From IMG/VR virus record IMGVR_UViG_2595698399_000001, positions 8,535-72,534 of that record: a stretch of 64,000 nt of DNA; one strand, given 5' to 3'. The translations under genes were made by a program, and so were the position numbers. Source of the DNA: a virus. Its lineage: Duplodnaviria; Caudoviricetes. Of this stretch, positions 19,346 through 28,078 are shown in pieces; position 1 is the first letter of the stretch; every line of letters starts with the position of its first letter. Below the pieces are notes generated by a model. It did not search any database, was not told where the DNA came from, and saw nothing but the letters and a program-made list of their open reading frames with translations.

Positions 19346-20050
19346 TTATTGTATGTAAGAGAAAATATCTTCTGTACCAATTATGTTGTGCTCTACATCC
19401 TCCGAAGCGAATGATATACTTTCTATCGCAGCCTTTTGACCGTGATTCATTATTATTGCCTTTGCAAGGTCTTTTACTAAGCCTCTTGTGTTTAATAAAT
19501 TTAAACCTATTTCAAAATGACTTTCCCCGTTATCGAACATCTCTAAAAACCATTCGTATGTAGAGTCTCCGTTAAGGTGAGCCGCAGTGAGTATATCCTC
19601 TTCGTAAATCGATCCAATAGTCTCTGCATCAAATGTCATTAAATCTTCGTATACTAAATCAGTGCATGAACCCCCTTTTAACATGAATAAGTCTCTACTT
19701 GAACTTCCATCGATCTCTACTTCTACATAATCCCGTCTTGTGCCCCTTCTTAAAAACTTTTCTATAGACTTCACCACACTACCTAAATTAAGCACCTTGT
19801 TTAAATCTAAGTGACTAGATATGATCGATAGGGCTTCGTGTCTAAGCGATCCTTCGGCTTCACTAACCTTTATTTTTTTGGATCCTAGTTTATTCCACTC
19901 CACTACTTCATTAAAGACTTCATTGAGCATCTCATCAGTAATGTCAATCCCTTTCTTAACGCCCTTTTTTATATCTACTACTGAACCAATCGGAACAGAA
20001 CTCCCTATTACTCTAGGGGTGTATAAAGTGTTTAGTCTTATTATTCCCAT
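19346..20050 (-). CDS. hypothetical protein
   Basis: 234 aa ORF. Confidence 0.7.
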   Translation of the reverse strand: MGIIRLNTLYTPRVIGSSVPIGSVVDIKKGVKKGIDITDEMLNEVFNEVVEWNKLGSKKIKVSEAEGSLRHEALSIISSHLDLNKVLNLGSVVKSIEKFLRRGTRRDYVEVEIDGSSSRDLFMLKGGSCTDLVYEDLMTFDAETIGSIYEEDILTAAHLNGDSTYEWFLEMFDNGESHFEIGLNLLNTRGLVKDLAKAIIMNHGQKAAIESISFASEDVEHNIIGTEDIFSYIQ

Positions 20051-20067
20051 GACTAGTTTGTATTAAT

Positions 20068-20142
20068 TAGTACTCTCTATAGGATTCGAACCTATGTTTT
20101 TCGGATGAAAACCGAATGTCCTTACCGCTAGACGAAAAGAGC
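20068..20142 (-). tRNA. tRNA-Glu(TTC), copy 1
   Basis: GCTCTTT acceptor, TTCGG-TTTTCAT-CCGAA anticodon arm, ATAGG-TTCGAAT-CCTAT. Confidence 0.85.
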
Positions 20143-20144
20143 AG

Positions 20145-20175
20145 AAAAAGCTAGTAAACATTGCTACTAGCTTTT
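20145..20175 (-). terminator. intrinsic terminator-like hairpin
   Basis: AAAAGCTAGTA...TACTAGCTTTTT. Confidence 0.55.
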
Positions 20176-20201
20176 ATTATATATGTATTTGATAGTGTTT
20201 C

Positions 20202-20474
20202 TTAAGAGTCTCCGAATAATTCCTTAACTTCTTTTTCGGCTATTTCATACCCTTTTTGATAATCGGATACTACCATAGTTTGCTCTACGATTTTAGATAG
20301 AGATAAGCTCTTGCTTGACCTTAAATTCTCCAACTTTTGCTTTTCTTTGCTTAACTGCAATTTTGTTGCCAATAAGTCTGCCTTGGCTTGCAACTCTGCC
20401 TGTTCCACGTCGTGCGCTAATTGCTCTGCCCCCGTCTGTCCTTCCGTCTTCTGTAATCTGCTCTTGTAATTCAT
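20202..20474 (-). CDS. small coiled-coil protein overlapping the upstream gene
   Basis: Similar to 21139..21429 (EQL...ELQA.ADLL.TK vs EQL...SLQADSSILETK); stop followed by junction motif. Confidence 0.7.
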   Translation of the reverse strand: MNYKSRLQKTEGQTGAEQLAHDVEQAELQAKADLLATKLQLSKEKQKLENLRSSKSLSLSKIVEQTMVVSDYQKGYEIAEKEVKELFGDS

Positions 20475-21108
20475 CTTTTTTATCTGATTTAATTTGCCCT
20501 TCGTTGGGTCTTGTTTTACTAACCTTGTTTAACCTTGTTTGTATTTCTTGGATAACTCTAGAGGCTGCTAACATATCGTCTTCCTTATAACATGGAAACG
20601 ACCCTTTATCTGGGTAATAACCGTAAGCCTCTTTACAAAGCTCCATCTTACCCTCTGGTAAAAGTCCTTTATCTCTTAATACACAGAATATCAATTCGTT
20701 TGAACCCCCTGTAGATGATAAATGGTCGTATGAAACCCTGTACTTAAAAACTTCTTCGCCTAATTCAAACTTTACAATATCTCCCTTTGAATACCTTTTT
20801 GTAGATACATCTTCTTTAGGTCTTAAGATTTCCTTACTCTCTAAGTCCTTTAGACTCTCCACCAATCTTGTCAATGCTTCGTAGTCGCCTGTCCTACACT
20901 CCGGACACATTCCGAATTTTGCTCTATAGCCGTAGGCCTTTGTACAAAAGGCTTCCCTTTCCTCGTCATCGTACATACCAAACATTTTGAATATCTGTTC
21001 ATTGCCATTCTTTACACTAGAGAGGTGATTATCAAAAACAATTACTTCCAACTCATCCCCTTGATAATTTTTGAGGGTTACTCTTTGTCCATGTTTTAAT
21101 GTCTCCAT
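20293..21108 (-). CDS. hypothetical protein with two repeated domains
   Basis: C..AYGY....G..P....D..A..R twice; C-terminus overlaps the next gene. Confidence 0.7.
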   Translation of the reverse strand: METLKHGQRVTLKNYQGDELEVIVFDNHLSSVKNGNEQIFKMFGMYDDEEREAFCTKAYGYRAKFGMCPECRTGDYEALTRLVESLKDLESKEILRPKEDVSTKRYSKGDIVKFELGEEVFKYRVSYDHLSSTGGSNELIFCVLRDKGLLPEGKMELCKEAYGYYPDKGSFPCYKEDDMLAASRVIQEIQTRLNKVSKTRPNEGQIKSDKKDELQEQITEDGRTDGGRAISARRGTGRVASQGRLIGNKIAVKQRKAKVGEFKVKQELISI

Positions 21109-21138
21109 AAGTAAAGTTTTTAAGATTTTTGATAGTGT

Positions 21139-21429
21139 TTACGCCCCGAATCTGCTCTTTTGAATACTCTCGGCTATACTAAGACCTTCTTCAAGGTTCT
21201 TTACCTCTATTGTCTTAGAGATTTCTTTGTCGAAGCTGTAAGGGATTGCTCTTTTTAATTCAGTAAGCTCTCTCTTTGCCGTTGCGATTGCTTTCTTAGT
21301 CTCTAAGATTGAAGAGTCTGCTTGAAGAGATGCCTCTTGCGCTCTAAATTGTAATTGCTCTGTCTCTACATCTTTAGAAGATTGAGAGATTAAATCGATG
21401 TACTTTTCTGATTGTGCCTTGTTTGCCAT
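21139..21429 (-). CDS. small coiled-coil protein
   Basis: 96 aa; paralog of 20202..20474. Confidence 0.7.
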   Translation of the reverse strand: MANKAQSEKYIDLISQSSKDVETEQLQFRAQEASLQADSSILETKKAIATAKRELTELKRAIPYSFDKEISKTIEVKNLEEGLSIAESIQKSRFGA

Positions 21430-21573
21430 AATTAATTTTAGTACGATGCTCTACAGCTTTGATTATTAATTGATTTTTGTTTGTATGTAAAATATTAAAG
21501 GTGTTCTGTTTGGTCATATGGTTCTTTGAACTATTATCTACCCGTGTCTCCCCTAATACCCCCATTGTATTGT

Positions 21574-22020
21574 TTAATATACTTTGCTTATCCTTTCAAT
21601 AGCTTCTTTACACTCTATCTCTAATGCTAATTTAGAGGCCTCTGTACCCTTCCAATTCGCTGAATCGTCGTGTATTATTTGAAGGAACTCCCAAACAATT
21701 ACTGGATAACCTTTATACTCGTCTTTAAGGTATATATCTAATTCGGGTAAAGGCTTGGACTTATCTACCGTTGATATCTTTACACCTGCCAATGAGTAAA
21801 GACCCCCTCTATTGTTTAACTCCCCATAGTCCAACCCATCTAACATACATCTACCTACAGCGCACATTCCTCCGCCTTCTGCACGGTATTTGCAAAAATT
21901 AGATCCCTTGCTCTCTACACCCCTTCTACTCAAATCCTCGGAGTAGTATTGTACAGTCTCGTTTAACAATCTTACCATGTCTTCTTTAGACCTTGCGGTT
22001 TCTACTTTTACTTCTGACAT
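21574..22020 (-). CDS. hypothetical protein (paralog of 22846..23265)
   Basis: ETVQYYSEDLSRR...CKY...MCAVGRCM...LKDEYKG...LQ..HD. Confidence 0.75.
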   Translation of the reverse strand: MSEVKVETARSKEDMVRLLNETVQYYSEDLSRRGVESKGSNFCKYRAEGGGMCAVGRCMLDGLDYGELNNRGGLYSLAGVKISTVDKSKPLPELDIYLKDEYKGYPVIVWEFLQIIHDDSANWKGTEASKLALEIECKEAIERISKVY

Positions 22021-22037
22021 CTCTTAAATTTTAATAT

Positions 22038-22112
22038 TAGTACTCTCTATAGGATTCGAACCTATGTTTTTCGGATGAAAACCGAATGTCCTTACCGCTA
22101 GACGAAAAGAGC
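22038..22112 (-). tRNA. tRNA-Glu(TTC), copy 2 (identical to copy 1)
   Basis: Exact repeat of 20068..20142. Confidence 0.85.
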
Positions 22113-22119
22113 TTTGTAC

Positions 22120-22518
22120 TTATTGTTTTACCCAATCACCTTTACCTTTATCTTTGAAGATGTATAGCCTGCCCATAATATCATATGCACTCCCACCGCA
22201 GTAGTTCTCTTGCTCCCACTCTGTCCAATAATGGTAACCGCTGTCGTAGCTATCTTGAAGAGACTCGTACCCATTCTCTTTAGCCATTTTCTCGGCGTCA
22301 GATCGGTACTTTATGTACATTGTGTCATGGAATAGGTAACCCTTATCCATACCCTCTCCTGTTACGTCGCAACGTCTTGGATACAGCCTAGGTTCATTGG
22401 TTCCTTCTGTAATATTACGACGCTTCCAGTCTTCCAATTTTGATTCCAACTCTTCTATAGCAAAGGCTACGGAAGATATGGAGTATATTATCATTTCTAT
22501 CAACTGTCTTTTAATCAT
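22120..22518 (-). CDS. hypothetical protein
   Basis: RRCDVTGEGMDKGY...YWTEWE. Confidence 0.7.
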   Translation of the reverse strand: MIKRQLIEMIIYSISSVAFAIEELESKLEDWKRRNITEGTNEPRLYPRRCDVTGEGMDKGYLFHDTMYIKYRSDAEKMAKENGYESLQDSYDSGYHYWTEWEQENYCGGSAYDIMGRLYIFKDKGKGDWVKQ

Positions 22519-22555
22519 AATTTCCCTAGGTTTTGGATAGTGAATAGGTCTCCTT

Positions 22556-22849
22556 TTATAGACCAGTTATTTTTATATATTGCTTATACTCTTTTCCGGA
22601 CTTCTTACTAGTCCTAAGAATGTAGTAACTACCCCTAGTACTTTTATACACGGGGTACTCAACACCTTTCACGTCCATGGTGTATTTGGTCTTTGTAGCT
22701 TCGGATGCAGATTTACCACCTCCTACTTTTACTATTTTGTCACCTTGTACCACATAGGTAGGCTCTGTACTTTCTTGTGCAGACGCAACTATTGTTACAA
22801 ATACTAATGTCAGTACTAATATTAACGATAACCTTTTAACTCTTCTCAT
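22556..22849 (-). CDS. secreted/membrane-anchored hypothetical protein
   Basis: Signal peptide (ASA cleavage-like); YPVYKS.RG.YYI.RTSKKSG.EYKQY. Confidence 0.7.
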   Translation of the reverse strand: MRRVKRLSLILVLTLVFVTIVASAQESTEPTYVVQGDKIVKVGGGKSASEATKTKYTMDVKGVEYPVYKSTRGSYYILRTSKKSGKEYKQYIKITGL

Positions 22850-23265
22850 AACTCTCCTTTTTCTATATCTGATTTAATTTGATTTAACTTTGCCGACCCC
22901 ATTCTCGAAAGTCCTCTCCCTTCCCAATTAAGACTTTGGTCATGTAAACTTTGCAGAGACATCCAAAAGGTCATGTTTACACCTCTGTACTCATCCTTTA
23001 AGAGGGTGTCTAATTTCTCATCTTGCTCTTCAACTTCTACATTACGGAATATCTCTAAAGAAGTTAATTCGCCCTGTGTGTTAAGGTCTTCAAATGGTGC
23101 GTCATCTCGCATACATCTACCCACAGCACACATATTCCCATGAGGAGTCTTGTATAGACACATGAAGTTTTCGTCGAGCGCCCTTCTACTTAAGTCCTCG
23201 GAGTAATACTTTACAGTTTCGTCTAGTATCTGTAGCTTTTTATCCCTTAATGCTTGGTTGTTCAT
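22846..23265 (-). CDS. hypothetical protein (paralog of 21574..22020)
   Basis: ETVKYYSEDLSRR...CLY...MCAVGRCM. Confidence 0.75.
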   Translation of the reverse strand: MNNQALRDKKLQILDETVKYYSEDLSRRALDENFMCLYKTPHGNMCAVGRCMRDDAPFEDLNTQGELTSLEIFRNVEVEEQDEKLDTLLKDEYRGVNMTFWMSLQSLHDQSLNWEGRGLSRMGSAKLNQIKSDIEKGEL

Positions 23266-23299
23266 TTCGTCCTGTTTTTGATAGTGGATACTTGTTCTT

Positions 23300-23554
23300 T
23301 TATACTATTTCCCATGCCTCGTGCAACTCACCGAATGCATAAACTAAACAGTAGTCCTCACCTTCTAAGTCGTCAGTATCCCAAAAGTTGGTGTTTACGG
23401 CTATTTTTTCAGGGTGATAAGCTGCTATAATAGTATGGTCTCCACCATAAAGAGGGTGTTCATACAAAGATATAGTTTGCCCCTCTCTATTTATAACTTC
23501 TGATAATAGTGTAGGATTTAGAGACATTAATTTCTCGTAGCTAATTCTTTTCAT
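23300..23554 (-). CDS. hypothetical protein
   Basis: 84 aa; YEHPLYG. Confidence 0.65.
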   Translation of the reverse strand: MKRISYEKLMSLNPTLLSEVINREGQTISLYEHPLYGGDHTIIAAYHPEKIAVNTNFWDTDDLEGEDYCLVYAFGELHEAWEIV

Positions 23555-23859
23555 AACTTGTTTATTTTTGGGGTTTTATTAAAGATTTGATGTGTTCACT
23601 GCTCCCGATAAGATAGCGACCAATAAACTTAATGCAGTTACTACTATAATAACTACCAATACATTTACGAATACTTTTTTTGCAAGTTCCATATCTTACT
23701 ATTTTAAAATTAGGGGCAATTAGTGGGATCGAGCCACCTACCAAGAGTAAATTCAAGGTGTTACCAAACATTACCATATAAAAAACCCGTGATAACTGTC
23801 AAGGATTACCACGGGCAAAATGAAAAAAATACTGTTTAATCGTAAACAGCATACCTTAA

Positions 23860-24345
23860 TTATGCCATTACAGGCTCTAATACTTCTTTTTTAGCTTCTG
23901 CTTTTTTAGCCGCTTCTTTTTTAGCCTTATTAGCTGCCCTTGTTTCAGCCGCTTTTTTAGCTCTATCTTTAGCCGCCTTTATTTGTTCAGGAGTTCTCAC
24001 TTCTGTTGTAGGCTTCGCCACCTCTTTTTTAGCTTCAACTGGCTCTGTGGTCATATCCTTTGCCACCTTCAAAGTTCTGTGTAGTGTTTGCAATACGTAG
24101 TAAGCCGAGTAAGTTCCTAGGTCTTTACCTTTGTACTTTGAAGTACGAACTGTTTTCTTAAATTTCTTGAATGCATCGGAATCGTCTCTTATGAAAGTCA
24201 ATAATTCGATTGCAGGCTCACTTAAGTTTATTTCCTTCTTAAATATTAGTAACATTTTTACACACCCTCCCAAAGTTTTACCTTCTGCTTTAAGTGCCTT
24301 GTTTACATCATTTACATTTTTTTGGTAACTAGATACATTTGCCAT
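23860..24345 (-). CDS. first left-arm gene; Lys/Ala-rich C-terminal tail
   Basis: AKKAAETRAANKAKKEAAKKAEAKKE; followed by hairpin at 23786-23815. Confidence 0.75.
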   Translation of the reverse strand: MANVSSYQKNVNDVNKALKAEGKTLGGCVKMLLIFKKEINLSEPAIELLTFIRDDSDAFKKFKKTVRTSKYKGKDLGTYSAYYVLQTLHRTLKVAKDMTTEPVEAKKEVAKPTTEVRTPEQIKAAKDRAKKAAETRAANKAKKEAAKKAEAKKEVLEPVMA

Positions 24346-25007
24346 AACTTTTAATTTTAAGATTATTATTTTATTTTATTATTTGATTATTTTGCGTTTC
24401 TACGCTTAGGTACTACACAGAATATTCTCTACGTCTGTGTAGCAAGTTGTAATTTCAATTTATTGTTTATACTTCTATTTTGTCAAATTTTACTCGGTTT
24501 GGCTCGTTTTAATATTGCAAAATACTGTTTACATTATTGCCTTTGCTATTGGCTAGTAAAACAGTACATAAAACTTATTAAGGTTTTATCGTAGTGCAAC
24601 ACGAAATTGCTAAAATTATCAATTTCAAAGTGTTTTATTACTTTATAAGCACTCAAGTCGTGCCGGTATAGGAGTGCCAAATATTTTACGGTGGCTTCCA
24701 CTGGTAACATTCTAAGTTACCCTCCTGACAGTTTCTTATATACCGAAGAACTGCCTTTTCGGTTTTATAATTAAAATAGTGTTTATTGTTTGAAATTTAA
24801 GGCTGTGCCTACTTTATACAAATTACCCTTGCGTCCTGTTTTAAACGTACACGGTATTTCACCGTTATTAAAAAATCAAGTATCTCGATTCTTTCTAACT
24901 AATTCGTTAGATTTTAGCAGTTTTAAGGCTGCCACACTTCCGAGGGATTATAAACTACACTAAATTAAAGAACTTATGTTATAATTAGTTACTTACTAAC
25001 TACGCTA

Positions 25008-25074
25008 CAAATGTATTAAAACAATATTGATTAAAAGCTATTTATTCGACGAACTACCTAAAAATCGGTTAAAC
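25008..25074 (-). promoter_or_regulatory. left-arm promoter module 1 with upstream conserved box
   Basis: TACATTTG -7 (25015-25008); box CGACGAACTACCTAAAAATCGGTTAAAC at 25047-25074. Confidence 0.6.
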
Positions 25075-25245
25075 TGTATTTTGTAGACCCTGAGCCAAGT
25101 TTTTAGTAGATTTATACATTAAGATACTACTTACTTACTTTTATTGGCAGCTATACACATATACACCCTATGATAGGTATTTTCGTCACTTGCTTATCAA
25201 TATGCTAAAAGAACGTTTGCAGCTTGTTACTCGTTAACTGCCCTA

Positions 25246-25312
25246 CAAATGTACGGCGGACTTAGAGATATTAAACTAAAAATCCGACGAACTACCTAAA
25301 AAATCGTTAAAC
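25246..25312 (-). promoter_or_regulatory. left-arm promoter module 2 with upstream conserved box
   Basis: TACATTTG -7 (25253-25246); box CGACGAACTACCTAAAAAATCGTTAAAC at 25285-25312; same spacing as module 1. Confidence 0.6.
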
Positions 25313-25490
25313 GGTAAAATTGAGGTTTTTGTGGGCTACTATAGGTATTTGCGCACGTGTGCGGGATACGTTGTAAAAAAGAAAGGTGGTTTTGTGGGTG
25401 GTTTGCGGGGCGGGTTGGTAAGGTCTACCATGTGAATGGCTGCTATTATGATAGTGATATTTTAACAGAGTTAGTTATCTGGTAAGCATG

Positions 25491-25597
25491 TGACAGTATG
25501 GCAGGTTATGGTGTCAGTTTGTCAGGTGTTGTTATGTGGAAGGTAGAGTCTGACAGGGTGGCAGTATGTGGAAGGTATTATATGACAGGGTGGCAGT
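25491..25597. repeat. cluster of TG[AT]CA-N3-TG[GT]CA boxes including a 32-bp tandem repeat
   Basis: Boxes at 25491, 25512, 25551, 25583; TATGTGGAAGGTA-N5-TGACAGGGTGGCAG twice. Confidence 0.7.
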
Positions 25598-26028
25598 AAA
25601 ACAATAATTATTTATAGAATAGCAAGCAGCAAATAAATATCCTAATCAAATAAACTATGTTAAACAGGTATTAAACAGACTTTATTTATAGCAGATTGAC
25701 CCGTATAAAATGATGCGGAGAAAGTTAAGGAGTTTAATGTAAGTGACTGCAAACCAAGTAATTAACAGCCTAGAAAAGCTAAAAACTATACGCAAATTTG
25801 AAAAAATGCGAACCCCACCCCGTTAAAAAAATCGGGTTTGCCATAGCAGCGTGAGGCCCGTGGGTATAGTATGTCTTAAAACAGAAAATGCAAGAGAACT
25901 TCGAAAGTTGGTGCAAAAACATGCATAAAATGGCCCCTAAAGTACGTGACAAACTTTTTACCGAATTATTTACTTGCACCCCTCGAAAGATTTTACTACC
26001 TTTATATCTCATTTAAACAAGGATTATT

Positions 26029-26322
26029 ATGTCAGATAAATTACTAGGAGCGATCGAATTAAAAACTATTAGAATAGATACAGTATTCTACGATTATGAG
26101 GGTCAAGATTTAGGAGACGAAGAAGTAAGGGAAAGTATCCTCGGAGGAGACTATGGAGCAGTTAGTGTTTATGTAAACGACGTCTTAGCATCTTCTTACG
26201 GTGACTACTACCACGAGAAGGGTGATGTAGCAGCAGATGCTTTTGCAAGTGGCCTGTTATTTGCATTAAACGCCCCAGAAGACTTCGAGATACTCTATAC
26301 AAATTCAATAGAGGTGTATTAA
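26029..26322 (+). CDS. acidic hypothetical protein
   Basis: 97 aa, first right-arm ORF. Confidence 0.65.
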   Translation: MSDKLLGAIELKTIRIDTVFYDYEGQDLGDEEVRESILGGDYGAVSVYVNDVLASSYGDYYHEKGDVAADAFASGLLFALNAPEDFEILYTNSIEVY

Positions 26323-26527
26323 TAGTGGTAATTTTATAAAATATGGCACGTACATGGGAATCATTCGGGGAGTTTTGGTCTGAACTATCAAAAGATCAGA
26401 GGACGTACTTAAAAGAGTACATAAATAAGAAAACACGACAGGCCGTCGAACAATATAAAGAAAGTCTCGAATAACAGCTCGAATACTTTTACTATATTTG
26501 CACCTAACACTATAAACATTATAAACT

Positions 26528-26674
26528 ATGATTACATTTTTAGTAGGAGTATTGGCCGGAGCGGCAGGCTTCGCATTAATCTTGAAGAACAACCCTAAAT
26601 TACAAGCATATTTCAATAGTGCTGCAGACGAGTTGGAGCGAAAGATTGAAGAAAAAACCGGAAAAGACATCTAA
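26528..26674 (+). CDS. small membrane-anchored protein (48 aa)
   Basis: MITFLVGVLAGAAGFALILKNNPK...; TATATTTG promoter element upstream. Confidence 0.65.
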   Translation: MITFLVGVLAGAAGFALILKNNPKLQAYFNSAADELERKIEEKTGKDI

Positions 26675-26693
26675 AACAAAAATTATTTACAAG

Positions 26694-26729
26694 TAAGTTT
26701 TTTTATATCAAAAAAAAGTTGTATATTTG
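26694..26729 (+). promoter_or_regulatory. tRNA operon 1 promoter (repeat copy 1 of 3)
   Basis: TAAGTTTTTTTATATCAAAAAAAAGTTGTATATTTG; -7 TATATTTG. Confidence 0.75.
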
Positions 26730-26748
26730 TATCAAAGCAATAAGATCG

Positions 26749-26826
26749 ATGAAAACAATTATGAACATAGCGACAGATATTAGAACCAAGGGAGTGAAAC
26801 TCTTGGGGAGGAGCCGTGTACTATAA
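26749..26826 (+). CDS. putative attenuator leader peptide 1 (MKTIMNIATDIRTKGVKLLGRSRVL)
   Basis: 16 of the first 17 codons specify operon-1 tRNA amino acids; 3' end carries antiterminator strand. Confidence 0.8.
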   Translation: MKTIMNIATDIRTKGVKLLGRSRVL

Positions 26827-26853
26827 TTTCTTTAGATATAAGATGTTTATTAC

Positions 26854-26881
26854 AGCCCTCCCCTAAAAAGGAGGGTTTTTT
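26854..26881 (+). terminator. attenuator terminator 1
   Basis: GCCCTCC-loop-GGAGGGT-TTTTT directly before tRNA-Ala. Confidence 0.8.
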
Positions 26882-26884
26882 ATT

Positions 26885-26962
26885 GGGGCTGCATGAACCA
26901 AGGCAAGGCGACTTTGATTTGCAATCAGAGTGAGATGGGTTCGATACCCATGAGTTCCACAA
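26885..26962 (+). tRNA. tRNA-Ala(TGC)
   Basis: Loop TTTGCAA, G3.U70, ATGGG-TTCGATA-CCCAT. Confidence 0.8.
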
Positions 26963-26987
26963 TAAGATCCCTTACTGACACCAAATT

Positions 26988-27063
26988 GCCCTTGTAGCAA
27001 ACAGGTTGTAGGCAACCGTCTTTTAAACGGTGGGGCTAGGTTCGATTCCTAGCAGGGGCACAT
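26988..27063 (+). tRNA. tRNA-Lys(TTT)
   Basis: ACCGT-CTTTTAA-ACGGT. Confidence 0.85.
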
Positions 27064-27109
27064 AAGTAAATTAGCTTATATAATGGATTATAAGCGAATA
27101 AGGTAATAT

Positions 27110-27185
27110 TGGAGTATAGCTCAGCGGTTAGAGCACTCCCCTGATACGGGAGATGTCGTAGGTTCGAAACCTTCTACTCCAACGA
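27110..27185 (+). tRNA. tRNA-Ile(GAT)
   Basis: CTCCC-CTGATAC-GGGAG. Confidence 0.85.
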
Positions 27186-27270
27186 GGCGGAAGACTACCG
27201 AAAGAAGGAAAAAGGAAAAAAGTTGGACTAAGAGATTGTTTTTACCTCAACTCTATAAAAAGAGGAATTT

Positions 27271-27346
27271 GCGTAAGAGGCCATAGTGGAATGGCGCCTG
27301 CCTTCCAAGTAGGAGATAGCGAGTTCGAACCTCGTCTTACGCTCTT
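27271..27346 (+). tRNA. tRNA-Gly(TCC)
   Basis: CCTGC-CTTCCAA-GTAGG. Confidence 0.85.
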
Positions 27347-27353
27347 TTAAAAT

Positions 27354-27425
27354 TGTGGGTGGTCGTGGTGACCAGAGGGCCTCATAAGTCCTTATAGATG
27401 GGTTCGACTCCCATACCCGCCACAA
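27354..27425 (+). tRNA. tRNA-Met(CAT), short D-arm, unpaired 1:72
   Basis: AGGGC-CTCATAA-GTCCT; ATGGG-TTCGACT-CCCAT. Confidence 0.7.
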
Positions 27426-27497
27426 AAGTCGTTTCTACACTCTTCGGGATAAAGGGTGTTCGTACGACACTCGGCAGTTAATCGACATCTGCCAACT

Positions 27498-27577
27498 GGT
27501 CTAATAAGCGTGTTTGGTAACACGAATTGCACTGTCACTGCTCTAAAACGAGGGTTCGAATCCCTCTTAGACCGCTT
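27498..27577 (+). tRNA. tRNA-Asp(GTC)
   Basis: Loop CTGTCAC; GGTCTAA/TTAGACC-G; anticodon stem partly mismatched. Confidence 0.7.
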
Positions 27578-27584
27578 TAATTAT

Positions 27585-27661
27585 GCACTAATGACTGAAT
27601 AGGAAATGGTACTTCATTTGTAACGAAGATAATTCGGGTTCGACTCCTGATTAGTGCTCAA
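27585..27661 (+). tRNA. tRNA-Thr(TGT)
   Basis: CTTCA-TTTGTAA-CGAAG; GCACTAA/TTAGTGC. Confidence 0.75.
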
Positions 27662-27867
27662 CATACTTAATCCGCCTATCGAGAAGTTTTGAAGCGCATT
27701 AGATTAAGTGTTTTCTGAAAAAGGGGCTTAGCGAATACTAGATATCGTTAACAAAGGCCCCTTTTTATTTATCAGGATAAAAGTATTGTAATGGAGTTTT
27801 GAGTTATGGAAATAAGCTTCTCCACGTTAAAAACAAAAAAGTAGGTGTAGTAATATGCTTACCATAT

Positions 27868-27944
27868 ACCAGATTAGCTCAGCGGTTTAGAGCAGCTCTT
27901 TTACAAGGAGAAGGTCGATAGTTCGAATCTATCATTTGGTACGA
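27868..27944 (+). tRNA. tRNA-Val(TAC)
   Basis: GCTCT-TTTACAA-GGAGA. Confidence 0.8.
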
Positions 27945-28002
27945 CAGTACCTACCACACTTCTAGGAGAACGTCTCAAAGTGTCCAAGGGTAGGTCTTTT
28001 TT

Positions 28003-28076
28003 ACCTCTATAGTTTAAAGGAAGAATACGGCGCTTCTAACGCTATGGTCGGGGTTCGAATCCCTGTAGAGGTTCTT
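28003..28076 (+). tRNA. tRNA-Arg(TCT)
   Basis: CGGCG-CTTCTAA-CGCTA. Confidence 0.8.
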
Positions 28077-28078
28077 AT

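Noticed and set aside
20068-20142. Reading TTTTCAT as a TCA (Sec/opal suppressor) or CAT anticodon, implying recoding
   Set aside because: The 5-bp stem places TTC at 34-36; long genes read through normally in the standard code.
21374-21565. 63-aa minus-strand ORF
   Set aside because: Overlaps the start of 21139..21429 and has no supporting features.
2911-23290. Junction motif as CRISPR repeats or integron attC sites
   Set aside because: Only about 12 bp, non-palindromic and irregularly spaced, with no cas or integron integrase; kept only as an unexplained motif.
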